Assembly (NCBI GenBank): GCA_965208835.1
Contig: OZ242358.1
Span: 2,976,001 to 3,040,000 of the forward strand
Origin: Candidatus Latescibacterota bacterium
GTDB lineage: Bacteria > Latescibacterota > UBA2968 > GCA-2709665
Direction of reading: 5' to 3'
DNA: 64,000 nucleotides
The notes beneath the pieces were generated by a model. That model saw nothing but the letters and a program-made list of their open reading frames with translations, made no database searches and had not been told where the DNA came from. Shown here piece by piece: positions 1-9,855 of the stretch (its first letter is position 1; every line of letters starts with the position of its first letter). The position numbers and the translations under genes were made by a program.

Positions 1-621
1 GACGCCGGCTGCGACGCCCTGCTTGTCATGCCGCACGACCCCGTCGTTGCCCGAGGCGAAGCGGCGATCTGGCGACACCATCTGTCAATCGCGAAAGCCG
101 TGAATATCGGCATCATCCCGTTCCGGGCACCGCGGCAACTAATCTCAATTGATCTTGTCAGGCGGTTTTCCAGGCTCGCCGGGGTCGTCGCTATCAAGGA
201 GGAGAGCAATGCCGTCGACTGGGTGCGGACGGGCTGCAGGGCCATCGGCCACCGCGTGCCCATCATCACGGGCGGCGGCGAGAATATGGCGCCCTACTAC
301 TATCTCGCGGGCGCCAGCGGATTCACAACGGGAATGGCCAACCTTACCCTGCCGATGTCCATCGAGATGCACAATGCCGGTATGCGGCGGCACTGGAAAT
401 CGGCGATGGAACTCCGGGACTGGTTCGAGCCCCTGACAACCCTGAGGGGCGAACTCGGAACGCCCATGCTCAAGGCCGGTCTGGAGATGATGGGCCTTGC
501 GGGAGGCCCTATGCGTGGCGAGGCGCAATCCCAACCGGCCGCGACCCCCACCAGCCGTATCCTTGCGGCAAAAGACCGCGCCAGGGTCCGACGCCTGTTG
601 AAGAAAAAGGGGGTGTTTTAG
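1..621 (+). CDS. Dihydrodipicolinate synthase/N-acetylneuraminate lyase family aldolase, 5' truncated by window edge
   Basis: Frame is open from base 1 (DAGCDALLVMPH...). Contains 'VVAIKEES' with the Schiff-base Lys, 'GASGFTTG' and 'LKAGLEMMGL.GGP.R', typical of the DHDPS family. Confidence 0.8.
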   Translation, partial: DAGCDALLVMPHDPVVARGEAAIWRHHLSIAKAVNIGIIPFRAPRQLISIDLVRRFSRLAGVVAIKEESNAVDWVRTGCRAIGHRVPIITGGGENMAPYYYLAGASGFTTGMANLTLPMSIEMHNAGMRRHWKSAMELRDWFEPLTTLRGELGTPMLKAGLEMMGLAGGPMRGEAQSQPAATPTSRILAAKDRARVRRLLKKKGVF

Positions 622-630
622 CACCCCCTT
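604..630 (-). terminator. Intrinsic terminator hairpin between convergent genes
   Basis: AAGGGGGTG-ttttag-CACCCCCTT stem preceded by an A-run (U-tract on the minus strand). Confidence 0.55.
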
Positions 631-695
631 GCTGACTCCCCCACCTCGGTAAGGGTTGAACTATTCGCATAATCACGTCCGTCCCCGGCCGGTCG

Positions 696-1952
696 TCACC
701 CGGACCGCGGTTCGGACATCGTCAGATTGCCCTCCCCGTCGAAGTCCATTCCTGCCGGTTCGCCTGACACTTCCACCTCCGGCAACGCGGAGAGCTCCGG
801 AAGCAGCGCCTCGGATGCCCAGAGGTGTTCCAGTTCCAGCGTCGATCGTATCCGCATCACTCTCACGCCGCCGTTCCCGCACGTGCCAAGCGCAATTTCG
901 ATCGCCTCCCGGTCGTTTTCGCCCACGATGGGTATGTACGCGCGATTCAGGAACGTGCTGGTCATCGCGTTGGCGTACGTCGCCTTGAAGTCGATACGGT
1001 CCACAAGCCGGCGCGTGGTCACGTCAGCAAGGCCGATCCCATTGGCGTTGCCGTGCGTCTCGGGTGTCAGGTTCAGTACGACGATGCGTTCGATTCGCGG
1101 CAAATCCGGCTCCTCGACACCCGACAGCCATATCCGTCCGATGATATTGGGGTCCATTCCCGTTCCGCTGATATTCTTGCCGATCCGGTCCACGATCAGG
1201 AGGTCGATCCGTTCGACGGGTATCCGGGGCATCAGTTCCCGTGCCTCATCCAGCAGTGCCGGTTCGACCGCAGCAAGCTCGTCCGGCTCCACGGCAGCCA
1301 CTTTTGCCGTCTGCTCGCAGGCGTTTTCCAGGATCGCGACGCCGAGCGCGATGGGGGCCTCCCGAAGTATGATCCGCCCCCAGTCAGAGATCATCAGCGG
1401 CAATCCGTCCGCACCCATCGAATGCGCCAGCGTGGCCCCCCTGTGGGACCCCAATCCGATCGTCATCATCTTCATCAATCCGCTTTCGTACGGCCCGCGA
1501 AAGGACGTATGCGGCTTGATCCGGTTCACCAGCACCACCGCGTCGGCCTCTCTTGCCAACCGGTTCAGAACGACCGGAACGCCGTCTTCCGTCTTCCCGA
1601 CCTCCACCACGTCCATCGTGGCATCGACGGGCGCTCCCATCGTGGATTCCTCAATGCCGTACGAAGCGAGAATCGCTATCTGTCCGTCGGCAGTCGCCCC
1701 GCCGTGACTGCCCATCGACGCCAGGATGAATGGATCGCCCCCCAGTTCCCGGACGCAGTCCGCAATCGCCCTGGTCATCTGTGCAATCCGGTGAATACCC
1801 CTGCTGCCGGCCGTAATCGCAACCCGGTCGCCGCGGGAAATGCGTTCGCCCAGCGACGAGTTCAGAACACACGCGCGCGTCACGGCAACGGGGTCGTCCA
1901 GACTCTCCGCGTCAAACGTCTGCCGCAACGGAAACATCCGGGGAAGGTCCAT
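696..1952 (-). CDS. LarA (lactate racemase) N-terminal-like / DUF2088-type protein
   Basis: Motifs 'VAITAGSRGI', 'MGSHGGAT..GQ', 'NRIKPHTSF', 'ESGLMKM..IGLG', 'IGKNISGTGMDPNIIGR', 'GNANGIGLAD'. Confidence 0.7.
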   Translation of the reverse strand: MDLPRMFPLRQTFDAESLDDPVAVTRACVLNSSLGERISRGDRVAITAGSRGIHRIAQMTRAIADCVRELGGDPFILASMGSHGGATADGQIAILASYGIEESTMGAPVDATMDVVEVGKTEDGVPVVLNRLAREADAVVLVNRIKPHTSFRGPYESGLMKMMTIGLGSHRGATLAHSMGADGLPLMISDWGRIILREAPIALGVAILENACEQTAKVAAVEPDELAAVEPALLDEARELMPRIPVERIDLLIVDRIGKNISGTGMDPNIIGRIWLSGVEEPDLPRIERIVVLNLTPETHGNANGIGLADVTTRRLVDRIDFKATYANAMTSTFLNRAYIPIVGENDREAIEIALGTCGNGGVRVMRIRSTLELEHLWASEALLPELSALPEVEVSGEPAGMDFDGEGNLTMSEPRSG

Positions 1953-1977
1953 CTCCACCTTCTTCCATCAGGTCTTC

Positions 1978-2826
1978 CTACGATATCCGGAACACCGATT
2001 CCGCGTTTATGGTCGTGATGCGTTGAAAGGCGTCCTTTGAAAGATCGGCTTTCCGGATGAAGTCCAGCATCGGCGGGATACCGACGATGGAACACGCCGG
2101 CGACGGCCGGGTGTGGATGGTATCCGTGGCGAACATCAGCCGATGCTTCCAGCGCTTCAGGAAACTCAGCCCGAATGCCGGGTCTCGCGTAATGGCGTTA
2201 TAGCCCGACTGCGCCGAGAGGTCGGCATACAGATTCGGGTATTTCCGAAACAACGGGTCCAGACGCCCGCCGGGCGCCACCGGGCCCTCCGGATAGCGCT
2301 CGCCCTGCCCCACCTCACCTGAGATTTCCCGCCAGAAGTATTGCGCGTGGCCCACCCATTTTACGTTCCGGTAGGTCTTTACCATCCGTTCGAATCCCGG
2401 CAGTCCGGTGTCGTCACGGTTGATCCAGTGGTCGATATGCATGACGATTGCCAATCCCAGCCGGTCGCACGCCTCGTACACGCGCTGCTGCATCGGGTCG
2501 TCCACCGGAAGTCCGCAAAGGTTCTCGCCGTATCCCACGCATCCCCTGTCCATATAATGCTCGAGAATCGGGTACGGCTCGAAACTTCCGGGGTATCGAT
2601 GCCTCGGGTCGACGGCGCACAGCGGCAGCAGCCGGTCCCGGTGCGGCCTTGTGAGCCTCAGCAACTCTTTTGTCGTCATGTAGAAGTCGAGCTCTTCGGG
2701 CACCTCCACCGCCATCACAATCCCCTTCTCGATCCCATGGCGGTCCATCCAGCGCAACAGCCTGCCGGGGGTGAGCCCAGGGTCTTCCAGTACGAGTTGT
2801 CCAAGATGCAGGTGCGTATCGATCAT
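1978..2826 (-). CDS. Amidohydrolase family (amidohydro_2) metal-dependent hydrolase, paralogue B
   Basis: N-terminal 'IDTHLH' metal motif, 'YGE', 'MH', 'GH', 'YADLSA', 'FATD'. Start placed at the ATG after GGAG. Confidence 0.85.
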   Translation of the reverse strand: MIDTHLHLGQLVLEDPGLTPGRLLRWMDRHGIEKGIVMAVEVPEELDFYMTTKELLRLTRPHRDRLLPLCAVDPRHRYPGSFEPYPILEHYMDRGCVGYGENLCGLPVDDPMQQRVYEACDRLGLAIVMHIDHWINRDDTGLPGFERMVKTYRNVKWVGHAQYFWREISGEVGQGERYPEGPVAPGGRLDPLFRKYPNLYADLSAQSGYNAITRDPAFGLSFLKRWKHRLMFATDTIHTRPSPACSIVGIPPMLDFIRKADLSKDAFQRITTINAESVFRIS

Positions 2827-2881
2827 TGTCTGTTCTCCCGTGCGCACCGGTGGGCTGCCCGAGCACGCTCTCGACAGCCCC

Positions 2882-3703
2882 TCAGATCCGAAATACCTTT
2901 TCGGCGTTCTTCCGCGTGATGCGTTCGAAGGCGTCTTTCGACAGCGGCGCGTTTCTGATGTAGTCCACGATGGGCGTTTCCTGCCCCACTCTTAGGTAGT
3001 CGGTGGCGAACAACAACCGGTGTTTCCAGCGTTTCAGGAACGACAGTCCGAATTCGGGATCCCTCGTAATGGCCCCGTACCCGGACCCCGCTGAAAGGTC
3101 CGCGTACAGATTCCGGTACTTCCGGAAGAGCGCTTCTACCCTGCCGCCCGGGGCCACCCTTCCCCCGGGGTAACCCACCCCCGCATCCACGTCTCCGGAG
3201 ATTTCGCGCCAGAAGTGGGGAGAATGTCCTATGAAGTTCACATTTCTGTAGGTCTTCAGCATGCGTTCAAACCCGGTGAGGCCCGGCTTGTCCCTATTAA
3301 TCCAGGAATCGAAGTGCATCACGATGGCGATGTTCAACCGGTCGCACGCCTCGTAGACGCGTTCCTGCATCGGATCGTCCACGGGCAGACCGCACAGGTT
3401 TTCTCCGTATCCGACGCAACCCTGGTCCATGTAACTCGCGATGATCGGGTAGGGCTGGAAACGGCCGGGATACCGGTGACGCGGGTCTACGGCGCAAAGG
3501 GGTTTCAGCCTGTCGCGATGGGGGCGCGTCATTTTCAGCAGTTCCTTCGTCGTCACGAAGAAGTCCAGCTCCTCCGGAACTTCAACTGCCATCACCACCG
3601 CTTTTTCGATTCCCTGCCGGTCCATCCAGCGAAGGAGTTTGGCGGGTGTCAGCCCTGGGTTGTCGAACAGAAGTTGTCCCAGATGAACGTGTGTGTCGAT
3701 CAT
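2882..3703 (-). CDS. Amidohydrolase family (amidohydro_2) metal-dependent hydrolase, paralogue A
   Basis: 'IDTHVH', 'YADLSAGSG', 'LLFATDY'; RBS GAGAGGAG. Colinear with the neighbouring paralogue. Confidence 0.85.
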   Translation of the reverse strand: MIDTHVHLGQLLFDNPGLTPAKLLRWMDRQGIEKAVVMAVEVPEELDFFVTTKELLKMTRPHRDRLKPLCAVDPRHRYPGRFQPYPIIASYMDQGCVGYGENLCGLPVDDPMQERVYEACDRLNIAIVMHFDSWINRDKPGLTGFERMLKTYRNVNFIGHSPHFWREISGDVDAGVGYPGGRVAPGGRVEALFRKYRNLYADLSAGSGYGAITRDPEFGLSFLKRWKHRLLFATDYLRVGQETPIVDYIRNAPLSKDAFERITRKNAEKVFRI

Positions 3704-3770
3704 CGATGTTATCTCCTCTCGAAAGCGCACCGCTACCCCGTCTTCGGCCCGGGTCGCGATTCCCGGGGGC

Positions 3771-4919
3771 CTACCCGCCTTTCGAACCCTTCCGCAGCGT
3801 ATCCATGATCAGAAGCGAAATCGACTGCACGGTCTCGTCCAGATCCGCATTCTCGAATGACGGCACGCCGGCGCCGTCGCCAACATCCAGAATGTGCTGC
3901 TGGATCTTCATGATCTGGTCCAGTGATTTGACGTACCGGTGCCGCGTGCGTCCGAAAGCCTTCTTGCCCCGACTTTCAAATCTGTCCGTAAATTGCTGCA
4001 AATCAGTAAGATATAGATTCAAATGGATAAACAGCGCTTTTCCGGAAAACGCTTCCAGTTCGAGCAGATCGGGCATCAGATGAACGCCGTCGACGATCAG
4101 ACTCACGTTTTCGTCGATCGCCCGTGCGATGGTGGCGCGGACGCCCACGGAGACGCGGGCCGCCTGTTCTCGGAACCCGTAAATGACGGGATCCGGGGCT
4201 TCGTCGGCAGGTACGGGGATCGCCTCCCACGCCGTGTATGACGAGACCTGTAATTCGGGCATGAGGTCGGACGAGATCATCAGTCGCATCACCTGCCGGA
4301 TTTCGTCGGTCGACGCGACGCGCGAAACCCGCAGCAGATTGGCGAGCGCCACGCCTACCGTTGTCTTGCCGACGCCCGTCCCGCCGCCGATCAGCACGAT
4401 CAGGGGCATCGTCCGCCCGCCATTGCGAAACCGGTTCCAGATGCCGTACCGCTCCGCGAACGCGTCGCCTGAATCGCTGCGGAGCATTTTCAGCGTGGCT
4501 TTCAGGATGTCGTCGCGGGAAACCACCGTACTGTCGTTCTGGATGAAATCGCCCTCGATCCGCTCGGCGATCCGATAGGCCTGGCTTTCGTCAACGCCGG
4601 TTATGGCCAGCGAGTCGGAGAGATGGTCCTTTGAAAAAGGCCGGGTACCCAGGTCGTCTTCGACCAGTATCTGCCTGGACCGCGGCGCCCAGAAAACGCC
4701 GTCTCCCACCGGACGGTCGGCGAAGAGTTCGCGCGCGTGGGTATGTACCAGGTCGATCATCTTGCCCGCGGGCACCTTTTTCTGCTTCTGAATGGAACTT
4801 CTGACCCGGTCCGCGACCTGATATGCCTCCCGGAAGGAGAACCCCTGCTCCAGCAGGTAGTGCGTCAGCATTCCTCTCAGGAAGGGAATGCGCCTTCCGC
4901 TATCTACGATAATGGCCAC
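3771..4919 (-). CDS. 2-phosphoglycerate kinase-like P-loop kinase with two N-terminal ATP-cone-like repeats
   Basis: Walker A 'GGGTGVGKTT', 'STDEIRQVMR', 'IVDGVHLMP'. Two 'PF...L..L...G.....AY..A..(V/I)' segments upstream. Confidence 0.75.
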   Translation of the reverse strand: MAIIVDSGRRIPFLRGMLTHYLLEQGFSFREAYQVADRVRSSIQKQKKVPAGKMIDLVHTHARELFADRPVGDGVFWAPRSRQILVEDDLGTRPFSKDHLSDSLAITGVDESQAYRIAERIEGDFIQNDSTVVSRDDILKATLKMLRSDSGDAFAERYGIWNRFRNGGRTMPLIVLIGGGTGVGKTTVGVALANLLRVSRVASTDEIRQVMRLMISSDLMPELQVSSYTAWEAIPVPADEAPDPVIYGFREQAARVSVGVRATIARAIDENVSLIVDGVHLMPDLLELEAFSGKALFIHLNLYLTDLQQFTDRFESRGKKAFGRTRHRYVKSLDQIMKIQQHILDVGDGAGVPSFENADLDETVQSISLLIMDTLRKGSKGG

Positions 4920-5058
4920 GATAGTCCCTCGGACGCCGCATTTTTCGCATACAAAACGAGCTGGAATCGAGCAGTGCAGCGGCGAAACACGCTTCCGCCA
5001 GTGTTCTGTCCCGGAAATAAGTTGCCTAAATTCGGCCGCTGAGTCGCCCGTCTCGCAT

Positions 5059-5090
5059 CCTTCGACAGGCTCAGGAACCAGCGCCTGAGC
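5059..5090. repeat. REP-like element (CCTTCGACAGGCTCAGG type)
   Basis: CCTTCGACAGGCTCAGG...CCTGAGC. A near-identical motif occurs inverted at 9030-9046 and partially at ~49509-49519. Confidence 0.55.
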
Positions 5091-5289
5091 ACAGGCGACC
5101 TGCGAATGGTCGGCGAGCGAGGGGAACGTAGCGAGACGGGATGAATCGCCGGCCGAATGGTGAGGAATTTTTGGGACAGGACACTAAAATTAGGCCGGTC
5201 GGCGAATGGAAGTCAACCGAAATTGTACGCGACCGAGTTTCGACCCCCATCCCGGATTCGTCGTCCGACGCATCCGTTCACCGGGATTT

Positions 5290-6429
5290 TCACCCCTTGA
5301 AAGGCATGATTTCCAGCGGATATTCAGATAGGGTTTCCACGCCGGTGGGGGTGATCACGAACGTGTTTTCCAGACGGATTCCCGCGCGCAGTTCGTCACT
5401 GTATGCCCCAGGCTCGCAGGAGAACACATCGCCAACTTCAAATACCGCGTCGCGGTCGCGGTTGATGTCCGGCGCCTCGTGCGCCCGCAGCCCCACGCCG
5501 TGGCCGCCGTGGTGGATCAGGCCGGCTTCGGACAGATGCGCGTGCTCGCGAATGCGCGCGTCGATCGTCTTCCACAGCGCGGATGCGCGCTCTCCGGGCC
5601 TCACCAGGTCCGGAACGTCGCGCAGAATGCCGGCAAGGTGCTCGTAGACAGACATCTGCAGGTCGGTGGGCGCCCCTCCCACCGCGAAGGTTCGCGCCAG
5701 ATCGGACCAGTACCCGCGATACGTGGACTGGGCGTCTATGATGTAGAGTTCGCCCGCCTCAATCGTTCGGTCCCTCGCGGTCCCTCCGATGACACCGGCC
5801 TGATAGTCGCCGCCGTGATAGACGACCTCCCCCGCCGCCTTCATTGCCGCCTGCTGCGCCTCCGCCAGCACGTCGAGCTCGTTCACCCCGGGTTCGATCA
5901 CTTCCCGGGCGCGCGTATAGGCTGCCAGGTCGACCTCGACGCTCTTTCGCAGCAGCGCCAGTTCGTCGGCGTCCTTACGCTTGTGGAGGCCCGCCAGCAA
6001 GTCATCGACCGGCACCCAGGCATCCGGCGCCAGCCGTGCGTCCACCGTTTCCGCCAGCAACCGGTCGAGCCCCTCCTCCTGCCACCCGACGCGGGAGACC
6101 GGTATCCCGCCGCTCAACCTTGAAGACACCGCCTCATTGAGCTGGCGGACCGGATCGGGATTCATCGTGCTCATGACGTGCCATTCGTAGGTGATCCGGT
6201 CGTCCACCAGCGCTTCGCCATCCTCCGTATGTGCCGCCAGCCAGGAACCGCCATCCGTCTCGAAGAACAGGAAAGCCGGGAACTGGAACGCGGGGTATCC
6301 GCACAACAGCACGCCGGTCAGATAGTATATCTCGAGATGGTCCGTCAGGACGACCGCGTCAACACCTTCCGCATTCAGTCTGGCACGCAGCCTTTCCTGC
6401 CGGTCGCTGCAGCCTTCCAGCGTCAACAT
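5290..6429 (-). CDS. Xaa-Pro aminopeptidase family (M24B) peptidase
   Basis: 'YRGYWSDLARTF', 'HHGGHGVGLRAHEAP', 'EPGAY...GIRLEN'. True start MLTLEG at 6429; the ORF-track extension is antisense to the next gene. Confidence 0.9.
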   Translation of the reverse strand: MLTLEGCSDRQERLRARLNAEGVDAVVLTDHLEIYYLTGVLLCGYPAFQFPAFLFFETDGGSWLAAHTEDGEALVDDRITYEWHVMSTMNPDPVRQLNEAVSSRLSGGIPVSRVGWQEEGLDRLLAETVDARLAPDAWVPVDDLLAGLHKRKDADELALLRKSVEVDLAAYTRAREVIEPGVNELDVLAEAQQAAMKAAGEVVYHGGDYQAGVIGGTARDRTIEAGELYIIDAQSTYRGYWSDLARTFAVGGAPTDLQMSVYEHLAGILRDVPDLVRPGERASALWKTIDARIREHAHLSEAGLIHHGGHGVGLRAHEAPDINRDRDAVFEVGDVFSCEPGAYSDELRAGIRLENTFVITPTGVETLSEYPLEIMPFKG

Positions 6430-6573
6430 GAAATGGACTCCTTTCCCTGTCAGCCGTGTTTTGCTGTTCAGACTTCCGTCTTTTTCGTATGATAACAGGA
6501 CCTGAGGCGGCCAGTCAAGCGAATTGGCCGCCAGAGATTTGGACACGGTAGCGATCAACCGGAAAGGAACGCT

Positions 6574-7608
6574 ATGGCATCTTTTCGTGCCGGTGTGGCA
6601 GGCGCAGGAAGCATCTCCCGAAGACACATCAGTGCGTGGCAGGCCCATCCCGACGTGGACCTGACCTGCATTGCGGACATCAGCGAGCAGGCCGTGAACA
6701 GCCGCGCGGATGAATTCGGCATCCGGAACCGCTATACCAGCCTTATGGACATGTTCAGCGAGGAACATATCGAGATCCTCAGCATCTGCACGTGGATGAA
6801 TACGCACGCGGACATCGCGGTTGCCGCGGCAGAGGCCGGAATTGCCGCCATCCTGTGCGAAAAACCGCTGGCCGGCAGCCTGGAGGAAGTGGACCGCATC
6901 ATCGATGCCGCAAACAGAAGCGGTACGCGCATCGCCGTGGGCCACCATCACCGGTTCCGTGCCGCCTGCGAAAATGGACGGGAACTCGTGCTGAGCGGCG
7001 CGATCGGGCAGCCCGTACTCTTTTACGTCCACACGACCGGCGGCCTGCTCAACAACGGCACCCACTTTGTCGACATTGCGCGGTACCTAATGGACGATCC
7101 CGATCCCGCGTGGGCGATCGGCCAGGTGGTGCGGCACACCGACCGGCACGAACGTCACGACCCTATCGAAGATCTTTGCGCGGGCATCGTCGCGCTGGAA
7201 AACGGCGCGCGCATCCAGATCGAAAGCGATATGCCCGAACCGGCGCCGCCGGACGGCGCGATGACGCTGCAGGGAACGGAGGGCACCCTGGTCGTCACAT
7301 CCAAAGGCGCGCGACTGCTCAACCCCGCCGGGGGGCAGGACGTCGACGCCGCGCAGGAGACGGACGTCGGGGTCCTGCAGGCCGCGGAACTGGTGGACTG
7401 GCTGGAAGGCCGCGTGAACGAGCACCGCAACGCCATCCGGACAAACCGCGGGACCATCGAAATCCTCATGGGCATCTACGAATCCGCCCGGATCCGCGAC
7501 ACGGTCACCTTCCCCCTCGAATCCGGACCCTCGCCGCTGCACCGGATGATCGACAGCGGAGACCTGCCCGTGACCGTGCCCGGGAAGTATGATATACGGA
7601 TAAGGTAG
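6574..7608 (+). CDS. Gfo/Idh/MocA family NAD-dependent oxidoreductase
   Basis: 'GVAGAGSIS' Rossmann motif, 'LCEKPLA', 'GGLLNNGTHFVD'. Confidence 0.9.
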   Translation: MASFRAGVAGAGSISRRHISAWQAHPDVDLTCIADISEQAVNSRADEFGIRNRYTSLMDMFSEEHIEILSICTWMNTHADIAVAAAEAGIAAILCEKPLAGSLEEVDRIIDAANRSGTRIAVGHHHRFRAACENGRELVLSGAIGQPVLFYVHTTGGLLNNGTHFVDIARYLMDDPDPAWAIGQVVRHTDRHERHDPIEDLCAGIVALENGARIQIESDMPEPAPPDGAMTLQGTEGTLVVTSKGARLLNPAGGQDVDAAQETDVGVLQAAELVDWLEGRVNEHRNAIRTNRGTIEILMGIYESARIRDTVTFPLESGPSPLHRMIDSGDLPVTVPGKYDIRIR

Positions 7609-7644
7609 ACTTTCCCGCCGACGTAAAACAACAGAGGAGCCATA

Positions 7645-8874
7645 ATGGCAACCAATCGTCGAACCCCCACCGTTACCGTGGGTTTGTCCGATGCCGATAT
7701 AACCGGGAACGACAACCGTGCGCTCCAGGCGGCCGTGGATTATATCGCGGGTCTGGGCGGCGGGACCGTGGAGATCGGCCCCGGGACCTATACGATGCGG
7801 GACTCGCTGCACCTTAGAAACCGGGTCACCATCCGCGGACAGGGTCCGGAATCCGTTCTCCTCAAGGCGGATGCCGTCGAGAGCCCGCTCACGCTCGACG
7901 GGGACTACGGCGAGGAACAGATCACGGTTGCCGACCCTGCGGGCTTCGCACCCGGTGTCGGAGTCAGCGTGACCGACGACAACTCGGGCGGATTTCACAC
8001 CGTCGTCTGCACGCTGATCTGGGCGGGCGGCAACACGTTCGGCGCCAGCAAGCCCATGCTGGGTGACTATCTCGTTTCCCGAAACGCCCGCGCGGCAACC
8101 ACGTTTCCGGTCATCAGCGGATATGGCGTCGCGGGCGCAGGAATAGAACGTCTGACGATCCAGGGCAATAAGAAAAACAACCCGTACCTCAACGGCTGCA
8201 GGGGCGCGGGCATTTTCCTGTACCGCAGCCATGGGACCAGCATCACCGGCTGTACGGTCGAAGACTACCATGGCGACGGGATCAGCTTCCAGCAAAGCAA
8301 CGATGTGTCGGTGGAAGGCTGCGTCTGCCGCGGGAATACCCACCTGGGCCTGCACCCGGGCAGCGGAAGCGGCTCGCCCGCCATCCGCAACTGCCGGTCG
8401 ACCGGAAACGGGCGCATCGGCCTCTTTCTCTGCTGGCGGGTCAGAAACGGGATCTTCGAGAACAACCGTCTCAATGACAACGGCGAGTCTGGAATCTCCA
8501 TCGGCCACAAGGATACCGACAACACGTTTCTGAACAATGAGGTCAACGGAAACGGAAGTGAGGGCGTGCTTTTCCGCGATGAATCCGAACCCATGGCGGG
8601 GCATCGGAACACCTTCGAGAGGAATGAAATACTGGACAACGGAGAGGGGTCTGACGGCTGCGGAATCCGTATCCTGGGCGAGACCCGCGACCTGACCTTC
8701 GTCGACAACCGCATCGGCAATTCATCGAAGGGCAAGCAGCGAACAGGCATCGTAATCGGCGAGAAATCAGGACGTATCGAACTCAGGGCGAATGATTTAT
8801 CTGGAAATGTTGATCGAGAGATCGAAGACCGGCGCGAGGGGAAACAAAACCGGACCAGGATTAAGCAGGATTGA
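7645..8874 (+). CDS. Right-handed parallel beta-helix repeat protein (pectate-lyase-like fold)
   Basis: 'ALQAAVD...GGGTVEIGPGTY' N-cap, followed by many 'N...GI' beta-helix repeats; RBS AGAGGAG. Confidence 0.8.
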   Translation: MATNRRTPTVTVGLSDADITGNDNRALQAAVDYIAGLGGGTVEIGPGTYTMRDSLHLRNRVTIRGQGPESVLLKADAVESPLTLDGDYGEEQITVADPAGFAPGVGVSVTDDNSGGFHTVVCTLIWAGGNTFGASKPMLGDYLVSRNARAATTFPVISGYGVAGAGIERLTIQGNKKNNPYLNGCRGAGIFLYRSHGTSITGCTVEDYHGDGISFQQSNDVSVEGCVCRGNTHLGLHPGSGSGSPAIRNCRSTGNGRIGLFLCWRVRNGIFENNRLNDNGESGISIGHKDTDNTFLNNEVNGNGSEGVLFRDESEPMAGHRNTFERNEILDNGEGSDGCGIRILGETRDLTFVDNRIGNSSKGKQRTGIVIGEKSGRIELRANDLSGNVDREIEDRREGKQNRTRIKQD

Positions 8875-9000
8875 CTATGATTAAACAGGATTAACGGCTG
8901 ATTAAGACCCGGTGAAAGACTCTGTTTGGCGTCTTTGGAACGAATGAGCAACCAGTAGTTTACATTATTTCACATCTTTGGCCTTGGATCCAGAGCCGCT

Positions 9001-9055
9001 CCCTGAGCTGCCACCCTGAGCCTGCGGTCCCTGAGCTTGTCGAAGGGTCGAAGGG
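9001..9055. repeat. REP-like cluster (CCTGAGCTTGTCGAAGG type)
   Basis: Three CCCTGAG cores plus CCTGAGCTTGTCGAAGG, the near reverse complement of the 5059 element. Confidence 0.55.
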
Positions 9056-9261
9056 TGCCCCCCAGGCCGACGAAGGATCTACTGCAGCATCGGATCATCC
9101 CGGTGCGATTTGCACGTGTCGATAGCTGGGAGGCAGCACGTCCGCCTGCACCGCAGACGCATTTTGCGACACTTACGCACTTCTTCTTGGTTTTGCCTAC
9201 GTGAATTCTAAACGGTTCCTGAGGAAGAACTTGCTTCGTTTTATTCCAGAGGAAATTGAAT

Positions 9262-9786
9262 ATGAAACCGCGAGTCGTATTTGTTGCTGCGCTGGTCGCG
9301 ATTGCTGCGGGTGTATGTGCGGCGTCGGATAGTCCGCCGAAAACCAGGGGTTCGATCGAAGAATTCAAACTCTATACAAAATGCCTGGGTGTTTCACCCG
9401 TGGTTGAGTACCGGTCTCAGAATGCGGAGGAAACCGGCTTAAAAAGAAAAGAGATAGTCGCCGCGGTGGAATCCAGATTGCGTTCCGCCGGGTTGCATCA
9501 GTCCAGTTTCTTTGAGTTCTCCGAGGGGTCGGTCGTTTTCCTGCCGCACCTGTACATGCACGTCAATGTGATTGGACAGTCGTACTTCGTACTGCTTGAG
9601 CTGAAAAAGTGGGTCCATGAACCCTTGTCCGGGCAATTGAACTATTCCCAGACCTGGCGGGCCGAGACGTCGGGTATCCACGGGACGAGCAGCCGGCGCA
9701 TTATGGCTTCCGTGCACGATCTGACAGATCAGTTTGTCGAGGAGTGGCTCAAGGTAAACAAGCCGGACGGGAAGTGCGCGGAGTAA
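9262..9786 (+). CDS. Secreted hypothetical protein ('gene X')
   Basis: Signal peptide MKPRVVFVAALVAIAAGVCA; RBS GAGG. Its last 94 nt are duplicated at 16347-16440. Confidence 0.7.
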   Translation: MKPRVVFVAALVAIAAGVCAASDSPPKTRGSIEEFKLYTKCLGVSPVVEYRSQNAEETGLKRKEIVAAVESRLRSAGLHQSSFFEFSEGSVVFLPHLYMHVNVIGQSYFVLLELKKWVHEPLSGQLNYSQTWRAETSGIHGTSSRRIMASVHDLTDQFVEEWLKVNKPDGKCAE

Positions 9787-9855
9787 AACCGTCCGCGAAA
9801 CCGGTGCGACTCCAGATTTGAGTTTGGCTGATCGGTAGCAAAGAGGAGGGGCGAA

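Noticed and set aside
6430-7065. N-terminal extension of the 591-aa M24 ORF
   Set aside because: It is antisense to the Gfo/Idh/MocA gene; the peptidase begins at 6429.
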